64,000 bases of DNA, taken from a virus. Lineage: Duplodnaviria > Heunggongvirae > Uroviricota > Caudoviricetes > Schitoviridae. Position 1 is the stretch's first letter, and each line of letters begins with the position of its first letter. Location: positions 37,241-101,240 of IMG/VR virus record IMGVR_UViG_2595698411_000001, one strand, 5' to 3'. The position numbers and the translations under genes were made by a program. Under the pieces are notes generated by a model. It did not search any database. It had not been told where the DNA came from and was given only the letters and a program-made list of their open reading frames with translations. Shown here in pieces: positions 17,649-27,007 of the stretch.

Positions 17649-18067
17649 GCAAAAGTTTCAATTCCCAAGACGGCGTTTATTTCAAGGAAACTACAATGTC
17701 AGCAGGGTTACTTATTCTCGAAGCAGGTAAACGTCATGAGTAAGAAGCTTACCTTAAAACCTCATGCTCGATTACTTCGCCAAGACCGCAAGTACTATCA
17801 ACAAGTTCAATACAACAACACCTTTTGTAAGGACGTTGACGGACAGTGGTACTTTTGTTCTAAGGACGGTGAGCCACAGGAGGCAGTGAACTTCACTGTT
17901 ATCGAAGAGAAACCCAGATTTATTAAGGTCATTGAAAACCCTATCGGATAATTTGGCATCAATTTTCAACAGTCACCTTAGCAATGCCCCTCTCAAAGAC
18001 AGAGGATCAGGCGTAGGAGTGCTACGGGTTCAATTCCCAAGGTGACTACCTATTCAAGGCCCACAAA

Positions 18068-18397
18068 ATGATTACTTTTAAACAATTTTTAGAAAAACCC
18101 GTAGAAGCCGTAGCGATGGGCTATAACCCTAGCATAATCGACACTATGGCCCTTATCTGTTCTTTTATCAGCAGAAACAACGCAAAAGAAGTTTTAATGC
18201 TTTGGGTTTCCCTAGCTTCCACTCCGCTTAAACATCTGCCAAGAGATCTGTTAGTAGCAGTTTTTAACACTTTTCTGTTCGCCAGTTTTCCTTTCTTTTT
18301 CTGGCTTTACGCCATATTACTGCACTGGCAGCTAAAACCTATGGCTGAAGAGATGAAAGAAGTTATGCGTAAAATCGAAGAAGACTTAAACACGTAA
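18068..18397 (+). CDS. membrane protein
   Basis: 109 aa with two hydrophobic helices. Confidence 0.45.
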   Translation: MITFKQFLEKPVEAVAMGYNPSIIDTMALICSFISRNNAKEVLMLWVSLASTPLKHLPRDLLVAVFNTFLFASFPFFFWLYAILLHWQLKPMAEEMKEVMRKIEEDLNT

Positions 18398-18407
18398 GGA
18401 TCTTGCT

Positions 18408-18857
18408 ATGTTTATTGCCGCTACAGCGCCTAAAGAACAAAAACAGATAGTTATTGATGCTTTAAAAGAACTGGGCGCTACTAAATATCCTACAGGGATT
18501 TGCTACACCGTATTGACAGCTATTAAATCTTTTGAAGGTTTACGTGTTGATCCAGTACTTTGGGGGCAGTTCAGAAACGAAATACCTGACCTAGTAGTAG
18601 AGCACGAATACGTAGACCCTGACGTTTCTCCTTACTGGATTATAGGCGGTGACCTATACCATTTAATTTCAGCGTGCGAAGAACAGCACGACAATGAAGG
18701 TGTTTATGACGCTTACTTAGAACTAGTTACAAGCGACGGTAGTGCTATAGAGTCTTACGAAGAGTTATCTGAAGAAGTTTTAAACGATATCGAAACCTTC
18801 GCTGAACGTCGTCGCTCTATCGTAAAACTGCTTATCCAAAAACTGGAAGAGATCTAA
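18408..18857 (+). CDS. hypothetical protein
   Basis: 149-aa ORF. Confidence 0.5.
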   Translation: MFIAATAPKEQKQIVIDALKELGATKYPTGICYTVLTAIKSFEGLRVDPVLWGQFRNEIPDLVVEHEYVDPDVSPYWIIGGDLYHLISACEEQHDNEGVYDAYLELVTSDGSAIESYEELSEEVLNDIETFAERRRSIVKLLIQKLEEI

Positions 18858-18860
18858 GTT

Positions 18861-19205
18861 ATGGCCTCTTTGTACGTAATTGTCTTCAAAGGTGAAGATG
18901 ACAATACCATCTTTTTGATGGACAAGAACGAAGTAGTTATGGGATCTGACCACGGAGCTTTAGTCCAGCGTATGGCAGCTACTGTCAGTCATCTAGAGTG
19001 GTGTATAAAAGGATCTCCTGTTCGTTATCGACACTTTTTTGGCGAACGAGTTAGTACAACACCTATCTCTGACAAGACTAAAAAACTTTACCAACGTATG
19101 ATAGACACTATGCGTATCGAGCCTGTGTACAATATGATTTTAGGCAGCCCTAAAACACATTTGATAGACATGAAAAAAGACCAAAAGGAAAAACAGCATG
19201 AGTAA
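18861..19205 (+). CDS. hypothetical protein
   Basis: 114-aa ORF. Confidence 0.5.
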   Translation: MASLYVIVFKGEDDNTIFLMDKNEVVMGSDHGALVQRMAATVSHLEWCIKGSPVRYRHFFGERVSTTPISDKTKKLYQRMIDTMRIEPVYNMILGSPKTHLIDMKKDQKEKQHE

Positions 19206-19563
19206 ATATTCAGGCTTTATAAACGGCACCTGCCAGCCTTTTGTTTTTAAACCTCACGGCTCCGACGGATGGAAGAAATTTTATCTGGGGACTGAGTTCA
19301 TTGCCCTTCTAGTACCTCCTACTTATAAACCTGGTTGGTCTGTAATAGTAAATGATGTAGAAGATTCACATCAAACTCCCACGCTAGTTGAAGGTTTCGT
19401 GTCTAGACACGCAGCTATCGATTACGCATTAAAAGTATGTGTGAAGACAAGAGACACGTACAACCGTGACCGTGCAGACCACATCGCTACTAAAGCGTTT
19501 TTAGAAGAAAAGGCAAAAGCTGATGAAAAACAAAAACGTTTACGACAAAAAAAGCAGCCATGA
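19198..19563 (+). CDS. hypothetical protein
   Basis: 121-aa ORF. Confidence 0.5.
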   Translation: MSKYSGFINGTCQPFVFKPHGSDGWKKFYLGTEFIALLVPPTYKPGWSVIVNDVEDSHQTPTLVEGFVSRHAAIDYALKVCVKTRDTYNRDRADHIATKAFLEEKAKADEKQKRLRQKKQP

Positions 19564-19972
19564 CGCTCCAATAACAGACACAGAAAAACAAGTCCTTGAT
19601 CTGGTGGTCAAAGGCTTTAGCGGCAAAGAGATGGCCGATAAGCTTTTTGTCTCAGAAGCAACAATCAAATTCCATTTAAACACTATCCGTAAAAAGAAAG
19701 GGTTTACAAAAACTAGTCAACTTATTGCCTGGTACTACATGGGTACTCAGCGTTATCTAGAGTCTCGCAGTCCTTGGAACATAGGACAAGAACTTAAAGT
19801 GGTTAAGCACGACTGTACACCTTCTTCTCAAATAGACGGCGAGATTGTTACAGTGGCCCGTGCTTACCCCGACGGTATCGCAGACACCAAAAACAGGCTT
19901 TATCTTAATAAAGAGCTGAAAGAGGTAGATCATGACAGATCAAGTACAACAACTGAAGGCGCAACTGTCTAA
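19523..19972 (+). CDS. LuxR/GerE-type HTH transcriptional regulator
   Basis: TDTEKQVLDLVVKGFSGKEMADKLFVSEATIKFHLNTIRKKKGFTKTSQLIAW matches the LuxR C-terminal HTH pattern (LTxREx..L...G.S.KEIA..L.IS..TVK.H..NI..K...R.Q). Confidence 0.55.
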   Translation: MKNKNVYDKKSSHDAPITDTEKQVLDLVVKGFSGKEMADKLFVSEATIKFHLNTIRKKKGFTKTSQLIAWYYMGTQRYLESRSPWNIGQELKVVKHDCTPSSQIDGEIVTVARAYPDGIADTKNRLYLNKELKEVDHDRSSTTTEGATV

Positions 19973-20088
19973 AGATCTTTATGACCTAGGTATCGCCATG
20001 AGCAATAAACAGGCTGCAGAGAAGAGAATCGAAAGTCTTGAAAGTTCTCTTAAAAAGACACAAGCCAAACTAGCGAAAAGAGACAGAC

Positions 20089-20301
20089 ATGACCAAACAC
20101 TTTAACAACAAGCAGAACAAAAAAGCCTTTACTGAAGAAGAGTCTCGCATACTTTTTAAAGCAGGTACCGACGGTGATACCTTAGAAAGCGTGCAAAAAA
20201 AGCTGCCCAAAAGAAATCGTACCCAATTAATCAACAAGCTAAACCGTATGGGCTTTGGCGTTAACAAAGGCGTTATATACGAGCCTAAAGGAACTTTATG
20301 A
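20089..20301 (+). CDS. hypothetical protein
   Basis: 70-aa ORF. Confidence 0.4.
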   Translation: MTKHFNNKQNKKAFTEEESRILFKAGTDGDTLESVQKKLPKRNRTQLINKLNRMGFGVNKGVIYEPKGTL

Positions 20302-20564
20302 CAACAATCATACTTACTATGTCTGTTACTATTCTTCTTCTTTTCTTTGCTTGTGTGGCTCTAGTTCTCTGTTTAACGTCTCTTGACGCCAAAAAAGCTG
20401 TACTTTTTAAACGAGCAGAAGATCTAGAAAACCGAATAGAGGCTATGCAGCAATTGGTCTGGAAAAAGTTTAATTACCATCTATTTACAACTTCGCAGCG
20501 CCTAGAAATAGAGCTTATGAAAGTACAGGAAGAAAAAGATGCGCAACGACCAAAACACCCCTGA
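20298..20564 (+). CDS. small membrane protein (N-terminal TM)
   Basis: MTTIILTMSVTILLLFFACVALVLCL hydrophobic N-terminus. Confidence 0.45.
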   Translation: MTTIILTMSVTILLLFFACVALVLCLTSLDAKKAVLFKRAEDLENRIEAMQQLVWKKFNYHLFTTSQRLEIELMKVQEEKDAQRPKHP

Positions 20565-20733
20565 AGAATCACTTTAAATTGTTCTTACATAGCGTTTGCC
20601 CCTCCAGCATACAAGTGGCACGTAACCATACCGGCTAATGGGCAACTAACTATTAGCTACACCTCAGAGCTTAACTGGTGGGTCAGAATGTGGATGCGTT
20701 TTATCGGCTGGAAAGCAGTAAAGGATAAAAACC

Positions 20734-21018
20734 ATGAACGAAGAAACTGAAACAAAGTGGACACATTTTACGATTTCTCATAACCGTTGCCGTTTACTCG
20801 AAAACAGGCCTGATAAACAAGGTAATATGCCTATTGAAGTAGAGCACTACGGATATGAAGTAGTAAAATTTGACTCTCTCAGACATATTGATCCTAAACT
20901 GGGGCAGCGTGATGTCGATACGCTTCAACAATTCTATTCTTGGTGTATAAGTAACGGAAAAGCATTGAACGTACGCGTTACAGTGCAACAATACATTGAC
21001 CTACACGGTGTAAAATGA
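20734..21018 (+). CDS. hypothetical protein
   Basis: 94-aa ORF. Confidence 0.5.
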   Translation: MNEETETKWTHFTISHNRCRLLENRPDKQGNMPIEVEHYGYEVVKFDSLRHIDPKLGQRDVDTLQQFYSWCISNGKALNVRVTVQQYIDLHGVK

Positions 21019-21329
21019 ATCAAACACACTCTAGTTGCCAGATAAGCAGACTCACGCAGCAACTAAAAGAGTCCAAAAAACGGGAAGCAGAGCTGCACAA
21101 ACGGTGCTTAGAGCTCATACAAGAAGCCCAAACTAAAGACTCTATACCTGCAAAAGACTTAAACATTTTTACAGCAGAAAAACAAACCGAAGCTATAAAA
21201 GTGTTTTTAGAAGTATTCGTAGAAACATGTACAGAGCACAAAATACCAAGATCTGACCCTACCCTCAGAATACTGAAGAAAACCGCTGACAAAGTTGTAC
21301 ACACGCTGCAAAAACGTTTAGGCCACTAG
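21015..21329 (+). CDS. hypothetical protein
   Basis: 104-aa ORF. Confidence 0.5.
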   Translation: MNQTHSSCQISRLTQQLKESKKREAELHKRCLELIQEAQTKDSIPAKDLNIFTAEKQTEAIKVFLEVFVETCTEHKIPRSDPTLRILKKTADKVVHTLQKRLGH

Positions 21330-21331
21330 TT

Positions 21332-21520
21332 ATGGACTCTCTTAAACTAGAAGATCAAGTATCTGCCCTAAAAAGTTTTATTCTTAGACAAAACCCTCCC
21401 TGCCCCGACGCCCCTCAGCATCTTTCTGACTACTGCGACATGACGCATGTATGCCATGTCTGTAAAGCTCGCGTAAAAGCTGTGAAGTATATTGAAGAAA
21501 CCACAGGTAAAAACCTTTAA
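21332..21520 (+). CDS. small Cys-rich protein
   Basis: 62 aa with CPDAP...CDMTHVCHVCKARV. Confidence 0.4.
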   Translation: MDSLKLEDQVSALKSFILRQNPPCPDAPQHLSDYCDMTHVCHVCKARVKAVKYIEETTGKNL

Positions 21521-21529
21521 GGACTTTTT

Positions 21530-22018
21530 ATGAGCAACGCATACATACCAGACCAACTACACCACATGAGCAAGAAAGAATTGCTAGAATTTGCACAGAC
21601 AGCGCATGGAGAGAATGTGAAGTTAATGCAACAACTAGCAAAGGCTAATGAGCGTGTGAGGGAGTTAGAGAAAAGAAGCTCGCCACTGCTTAAAACCGAG
21701 GACGGGCTACACAGTAAAGAAAGTTGTGACGCTGCAATGATAGGGCAGTTACGCAATCAATTAGCAAAAGCTAATGAGCGTGTGAAGGAATTGACTAAAG
21801 AAAACCTATCAATTGTTAATGGGGTAAATAAATACACATTTGATGATGTGAAAGTAGATTTTGTAGCAGAATTAAACAAATTCGCCATAGAGCAGAAGAT
21901 TGAGGCGTTTAACGAGTGGCTATATGAGGTTAAATATATGGAAGGCGTTAGCGCTAGAGACCTCGTTGATTCAGCGGTTGAGTTTTTAGAACAACTACGC
22001 AAGGAGCAATTAAAGTGA
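21530..22018 (+). CDS. coiled-coil paralog 1 (C-terminal ...EQLRKEQLK; internal QLAKANERV(R/K)EL repeat)
   Basis: 162 aa. An internal ~30-nt direct repeat lies at about 21640 and 21765. Confidence 0.55.
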   Translation: MSNAYIPDQLHHMSKKELLEFAQTAHGENVKLMQQLAKANERVRELEKRSSPLLKTEDGLHSKESCDAAMIGQLRNQLAKANERVKELTKENLSIVNGVNKYTFDDVKVDFVAELNKFAIEQKIEAFNEWLYEVKYMEGVSARDLVDSAVEFLEQLRKEQLK

Positions 22019-22234
22019 AGCGCATAGCCAATCTTATAATCAGCTCATCAATTCCGCTTATGCCTGCGGCTTCATTTGAAGACATAGAGCCATTAAAGCC
22101 AGAAGAGCTGGCTGGCACTAAGTTCAGCAAAGATGGTGAAATTCGCGGTAAGCGCAGTAAGGGCGATAGAAAGCGTAACCCGCGTTGGAGTAGACAATGA
22201 GTTCCAGCGGAGCAACTACTCGAGGAGCAAGAGC

Positions 22235-22459
22235 ATGTCTAGGTTCTATAAAGTAACTAAGCGCATTTACTCAAATGACTTGAAAGTAACTGAGCATCCC
22301 GATGGTAATTGGGTAAAACGTGAGGAATACGAACAGCTAAAACAGCGCTGCGCGGAGTTAGATGAAATAGCCGACACAGCTTTTAAATACAACCATTCAA
22401 GCGCACAATGTTTACGCGCTTGGAGGAAGTTGCAACAACTACGCAAGGAGCAAGAGTAA
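22235..22459 (+). CDS. coiled-coil paralog 2 (C-terminal ...QQLRKEQE)
   Basis: Trimmed to the ATG giving MSRFYKVTK.... Ends with the shared tail motif. Confidence 0.45.
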   Translation: MSRFYKVTKRIYSNDLKVTEHPDGNWVKREEYEQLKQRCAELDEIADTAFKYNHSSAQCLRAWRKLQQLRKEQE

Positions 22460-22737
22460 TGGAATGGGAACTAGTAAAAGAACTGGTACGCCTTAACAAC
22501 CAAGGCAAAACAGAAGAAATTAATAAGTTTGTCGCAGAAACTGACTTTAAAGACATGGATCAACTAAAATCAGTAGCGATAACTTGCTTTTCATTGACAA
22601 AAGAAAATGTCGCGCAAAACTTAGAAGCAGCCGAAAAACTGGCAAGTTTTGAGTATACAGGTTTTAGGGAAATGTTTAGAGGCGGTTATGTAAAAGACCT
22701 TGTAGAGCAATTACGAAAGGAGCAATCCAGTGACTAA
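22459..22737 (+). CDS. paralog 3 (C-terminal ...EQLRKEQSSD)
   Basis: ATG at 22459 (MEWELVKEL...) preceded by AAGGAGCAAGAGTA. Confidence 0.5.
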   Translation: MEWELVKELVRLNNQGKTEEINKFVAETDFKDMDQLKSVAITCFSLTKENVAQNLEAAEKLASFEYTGFREMFRGGYVKDLVEQLRKEQSSD

Positions 22738-23500
22738 ACCAAATTTTACCCCAGATGCGCACTCTATGAAAATGGAGATCAGCAAGCTGAAAAAGCAACT
22801 GGCAAAAGCTGACGAATATGCAGCAGAATTAGAGGTTAAAAAAGATGCTCTGCAAAAGTCATTAGACGAGTGCGCTTCAAAACTAGCTGTAAAGAACACG
22901 TCTTCAAAAGAGTCTTTGGAAAACTGTACCGAAAAACTTTTAAAACTATCAGAAAATCTAGCAAAAGCTAACCAAACCATAACAGCACTAGAATCAGAGA
23001 CCGACAAACGCGAAAAAGTGTTAAAACGCAAAATCGAAGCCGAGCGGTTTAAAAAAGAAGAGTTTGTTCGATGGGTAGATACACTTATCGAAGAACAAAA
23101 AGAACTACGCGAGCAGCGTTTTCGTGCGTTTGGTAACGAAGAGTACCTAATATTCTTCGACAATGGCGAAGACTACCCAGATTCTATGGTAGCTCCTGTC
23201 GTTATGAGCGCTGATAAGTTTAGAGAGCTTCATTACGCTAGGGCGCAACTAGCAGAAACTAACGAAAAGCTGGCAGTACTTGAAAAAACGGATAGTATTT
23301 TTAGTTCCGGCGCTAATTTTGATTTTGACGATTTGACCAGTTATTTCCCTGAAGAGCTAGACAAATTTGCTAAAGACCAGCAAATAAAAGCACTTGAGTT
23401 TATCCTAGGAAGAGTTGAGTCAGTGACCGTAAGTCACGCTGTAAAAGACCACATAGTCCATCGTATAAAACAACTGCGCAAGGGTAACAGTGATGCTTAA
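22730..23500 (+). CDS. coiled-coil paralog 4 (C-terminal ...KQLRKGNSDA)
   Basis: 256 aa with a GTG start preceded by AAGGAGCAATCCA. Contains QLAKADEY and NLAKANQT repeats. Confidence 0.55.
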   Translation: MTKPNFTPDAHSMKMEISKLKKQLAKADEYAAELEVKKDALQKSLDECASKLAVKNTSSKESLENCTEKLLKLSENLAKANQTITALESETDKREKVLKRKIEAERFKKEEFVRWVDTLIEEQKELREQRFRAFGNEEYLIFFDNGEDYPDSMVAPVVMSADKFRELHYARAQLAETNEKLAVLEKTDSIFSSGANFDFDDLTSYFPEELDKFAKDQQIKALEFILGRVESVTVSHAVKDHIVHRIKQLRKGNSDA

Positions 23501-23518
23501 AGCTATATGACAAGAATG

Positions 23519-23540
23519 AACCTACTTATGTAGGTTTTGG
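23519..23540 (+). terminator. putative terminator hairpin
   Basis: AACCTAC-ttat-GTAGGTT followed by a weak TTGGGTG tract. Confidence 0.35.
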
Positions 23541-23739
23541 GTGTGGCTTTGTTAGTTTATGCGGTTAAAACGCTACGCACTGGATAGACCTAGGAAACTT
23601 CAGTGTTACGGAAAAGTTAGTTCGATACGATCACAAAGTCACACACCAAAACTTATACCTTTAAAAGGCGCAAAAGCTAACGATTTTCCTGTCTCTAAGT
23701 AAAGCTTGTTCGGGAAAAGTATAAAAATAAGGATTAGCC

Positions 23740-24015
23740 ATGAATACACGATTTTGGGAAGCTGTAAGACACCTAGCTAACGAAAAAATTAAAAAGCAGT
23801 ACATGAAAAAAACAGGACATGATCGAAAGTGCCCTAACTGCAATACATGGATTAGCGAAGTAGGTGGTGCCGCTTCTGTCGACTATGCCGACGAAGATTG
23901 GTTAGAGTTTATGAAATGCCGGCAATGCGGTTACAAGTCTCTCTGGGATTTAAGAGGCATGATACCTGACCTCTACAAACACCAAAACCCTCATACACCA
24001 AAGGTGAAAAAATGA
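23740..24015 (+). CDS. zinc-ribbon protein
   Basis: CPNC...CRQC pair of CxxC motifs; 91 aa. Confidence 0.5.
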   Translation: MNTRFWEAVRHLANEKIKKQYMKKTGHDRKCPNCNTWISEVGGAASVDYADEDWLEFMKCRQCGYKSLWDLRGMIPDLYKHQNPHTPKVKK

Positions 24016-24478
24016 AAGCTATCGATCTCAGTTTTTGGCGTTTCGTAATTATTATTTACCTGTCTCGTTCTTTTTTATGGAAAAAAGACGATGACACGTT
24101 TCTTTTTCATATAGGCACCTTTTCAAAAGGCCCTTATACAGCACTAAGATTAATACTCCTTCCTTTAAGTCTGTGTGTAGGCTACATAACCCCAAAGAGG
24201 TATTAAAATAACTATTTACCCTGCAAGCATAACGTTTGCTTTATTTCCTAAGGAACCGCAGTGATGAAAACTTTTTCTATCAAACAAGGCATCTACGAAA
24301 AGAAGTTCTTTTACATAGAAATTTCTTATCTGGGTGTCCCGTGGAGCAAAGAACGCGTGATCAGGGGCTGTATCGCAGGCTCAATTAGCGAAATATTAAG
24401 GTTTGACTCTGTTAAAGCTGCTTGTAACTATATTAAAGAGAAGTATGGTACGTCAGCCGTTATTAAGCCGAGTTTCTG

Positions 24479-24940
24479 ATGTCTGTTATAGATGATCTTC
24501 CAAGAGCTATTGAAATAGCCAAAACTCTTCCTTTTTTCAATTTTGTCCTATACGCCGTTTGCGTCATAGCATTGGCCTGCGCAGCGCTTGCAATAATTAG
24601 CTTTATTGAAGCGGCGGTAGGGCATTTCAAACAACTAGGTACTCCTATGAAGATAGAGCACACCCGAACACAAGGCTTTGATAAAAGCCCTGCAGGCACC
24701 AGTTGGTGGACGGTTTCACATAACAACCAGCAATACGTAGTAAAACAAGATGTATCTGCATCAGGCCATCCTCACGCTTATCAGTTAGTACCAGACTACA
24801 ACCCTACAGCAGTTCCTATAAAAGTACGGCTGCAAGGCAACAGCGCTATAGTAGATGCGGCTAATGCTAACTTTATTGACATTACTTTAGCTGTTTCTTT
24901 AGCCATGTTTATCAAAGAAGAGACAAGTAAATCATCATGA
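24479..24940 (+). CDS. membrane protein
   Basis: 153 aa with TM helix FFNFVLYAVCVIALACAALAIISFI. Confidence 0.5.
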   Translation: MSVIDDLPRAIEIAKTLPFFNFVLYAVCVIALACAALAIISFIEAAVGHFKQLGTPMKIEHTRTQGFDKSPAGTSWWTVSHNNQQYVVKQDVSASGHPHAYQLVPDYNPTAVPIKVRLQGNSAIVDAANANFIDITLAVSLAMFIKEETSKSS

Positions 24941-25479
24941 CATCTACTAAAGCTCAAGTCGCTATAATAGCTTTAGCAGAAAAGCACAAAATTACTGTAG
25001 AAGCCGCAGAGCAGCTTCTATACCTTAAAGCAAACAACATGACTACTGAGTATAAAAAACTTATTACTGAAGTAGCAGAGGGAAAGCACAATAAAACCTC
25101 AACGAATAGGTAAATCTTACGTTCGTAACCTTGTTCAGGCACTCGCTGTACTTACGGGAGCCACTGCGCAAACTTCTGAAGAAACAGGTTTTATAACTTA
25201 CGTCAAAAAAGAAAATGACTTAAAAACAAAAGCTAAAAAACCTGTTAACGGCTACCAAGCTAAACAGCGCAAACGTAAAAATAGAAGGAAACGATAATGT
25301 CTTGTTGCAGCAACCCTGATATTCAATCCTCTACCTACAGCGACTGGTGCGAAAACTGTGGATGGGCTTTTAGTTACTTGTATAACGAAGAGTGCGTTCA
25401 CGAAGAGATTGACACTCGCAGCATGGGTCAAATAATCGCTGAAAGTGAACAAGAAGATTAAAACAACCGGAATACTGTC

Positions 25480-25953
25480 ATGGACTTTTTAAACTATCGC
25501 AGCACTGAATTGCTACTTGTTGCAACCCTGATCTGCCTAGTCCTAAGCGTCAAACTTTTACGTTTAGGCAAAACTTCGCGCTACTGGAAAGAAAGAGCAA
25601 GAGCTCTACACGCAGAAAAAGTACTGGAATCTGCTAAAGCTGAAGACGAAATTGTACAAGCAAGAAAAGAAGCAAATGAGCTTGTAGAAAAAGTCAAAAA
25701 AGAAGCAGCAACCCAATGTTTTGTAGCCAAAGCAGAAGTTGTAAAAGCAGAACAAACAGTAGTAACTCTGCGACGGTATGAGTATTTAGAAGGTTTGACG
25801 GAATACCTAAAATTTCAGTTAGAGATTTTGGCTGACCGTGTAGAAAACTGCCCTAACAACCCAGACCTAGTCACTTACTACAAAAACCAAGTAACTGAAT
25901 ATCGTGAGTTTTGCGATGAGATGCTCTCTTTGAAAAGAAACGACGACGAGTAA
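25480..25953 (+). CDS. N-terminal TM plus coiled-coil protein (i-spanin-like architecture)
   Basis: TM helix LLLVATLICLVLSVKLL followed by about 130 aa of coiled coil. Confidence 0.4.
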   Translation: MDFLNYRSTELLLVATLICLVLSVKLLRLGKTSRYWKERARALHAEKVLESAKAEDEIVQARKEANELVEKVKKEAATQCFVAKAEVVKAEQTVVTLRRYEYLEGLTEYLKFQLEILADRVENCPNNPDLVTYYKNQVTEYREFCDEMLSLKRNDDE

Positions 25954-25958
25954 ACAGC

Positions 25959-26366
25959 ATGGACCCTACACCAACTAACGTAATTGTACTGACGTGCATA
26001 TTTACGTGCGCTTACGCATTTTTGTTGGGTGTTCTTATCTATTTTAAGAATATATCGTTTTTTGTGCTTAAGCTTTTGCCTTTAGCTCCGGCTAAAAACC
26101 CTGTTACAAGAAATACAGCCGATCAAAGAGCCAGAGAGCATTTGTGCCGCACTTTTGGTTGTGTCACTACTGCTAGGGTTCATTACCCCGGCATGCCTCA
26201 AGCTGTTTGCTGCAGGTGCGGTAAGAAGACGCATTGTGCACAACCAGGCGTAAAAGAATGGCGATCAAGTCAGAGTACACAAAAAAGAGTACCATTTGGT
26301 AGCTACAACACCTCACCTAATAAACCTGTAAGGACAGATTATGGACATATACAGAGTAAACGATAA
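25959..26366 (+). CDS. membrane-anchored Cys-rich protein
   Basis: TM helix VIVLTCIFTCAYAFLLGVLIYF followed by CRTFGC...CCRCGKKTHC. Confidence 0.4.
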   Translation: MDPTPTNVIVLTCIFTCAYAFLLGVLIYFKNISFFVLKLLPLAPAKNPVTRNTADQRAREHLCRTFGCVTTARVHYPGMPQAVCCRCGKKTHCAQPGVKEWRSSQSTQKRVPFGSYNTSPNKPVRTDYGHIQSKR

Positions 26367-26527
26367 TTACGTATTATTCGCAGAAGAAGTGCACATAACC
26401 GTTCCTTTTACTCATTACGTTCTTCATAAAGGACAAGGTAAGTACGAGTACGCTATGCTGTACTTCAATAACCACTACACAGGCGTTATAATTCACCAAC
26501 TCGGTTTACCTAATTTTTTACACTGCT

Positions 26528-27007
26528 TTGCTTACGCACAGCCAAAGGACGAACATGAACCTGCCGTATTACCTAGTAGTCACTGATGAAGTGACTTATG
26601 CAGACTCAAAACACTTTCGTATTCGCATAAACCCTAAGTACCGAGACAACGAACCGCTAATTGTGCATGAGTACGAACACATAAAACAGCAATACTTTTT
26701 TATGGCAACTATGCTGCTGACCGGTGTTATAGCCTATTTTATGGGTTACACATTAGCTGCAATATACTTTGCTATCTTTTCGGTAACTACTAAAGATCTT
26801 CTTTATACTTTTGTAAGGCCTCTTCGTTACTATTTTGAAGTAAAAGCTTATGCTGCGCAGCTCAAACAACTCGAATACGAGCACGGTTCAGCAGTAGTGC
26901 ACGACAACGCTATGACGTTCGCTGAAGCGCTTACTACTGGGTATAACCTCAACGTGACTAAAGGCAAAGCCTTTAAGGATATAGTTACCGCTTACTTGGA
27001 CCTATAG
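26528..27007 (+). CDS. membrane-embedded putative zinc metallopeptidase (HExxH)
   Basis: PLIVHEYEHIKQ (HExxH) is followed immediately by two TM helices, MATMLLTGVIAYFMGY and LAAIYFAIFSV. Confidence 0.45.
   Translation: MLTHSQRTNMNLPYYLVVTDEVTYADSKHFRIRINPKYRDNEPLIVHEYEHIKQQYFFMATMLLTGVIAYFMGYTLAAIYFAIFSVTTKDLLYTFVRPLRYYFEVKAYAAQLKQLEYEHGSAVVHDNAMTFAEALTTGYNLNVTKGKAFKDIVTAYLDL

Noticed and set aside
22711-23163. 150-aa - strand ORF and other - strand ORFs within the + strand early block (8344-8885, 24463-24726, 21020-21304 and others).
   Set aside because: They are antisense to better-supported co-oriented genes, low-complexity, and without ribosome-binding sites.
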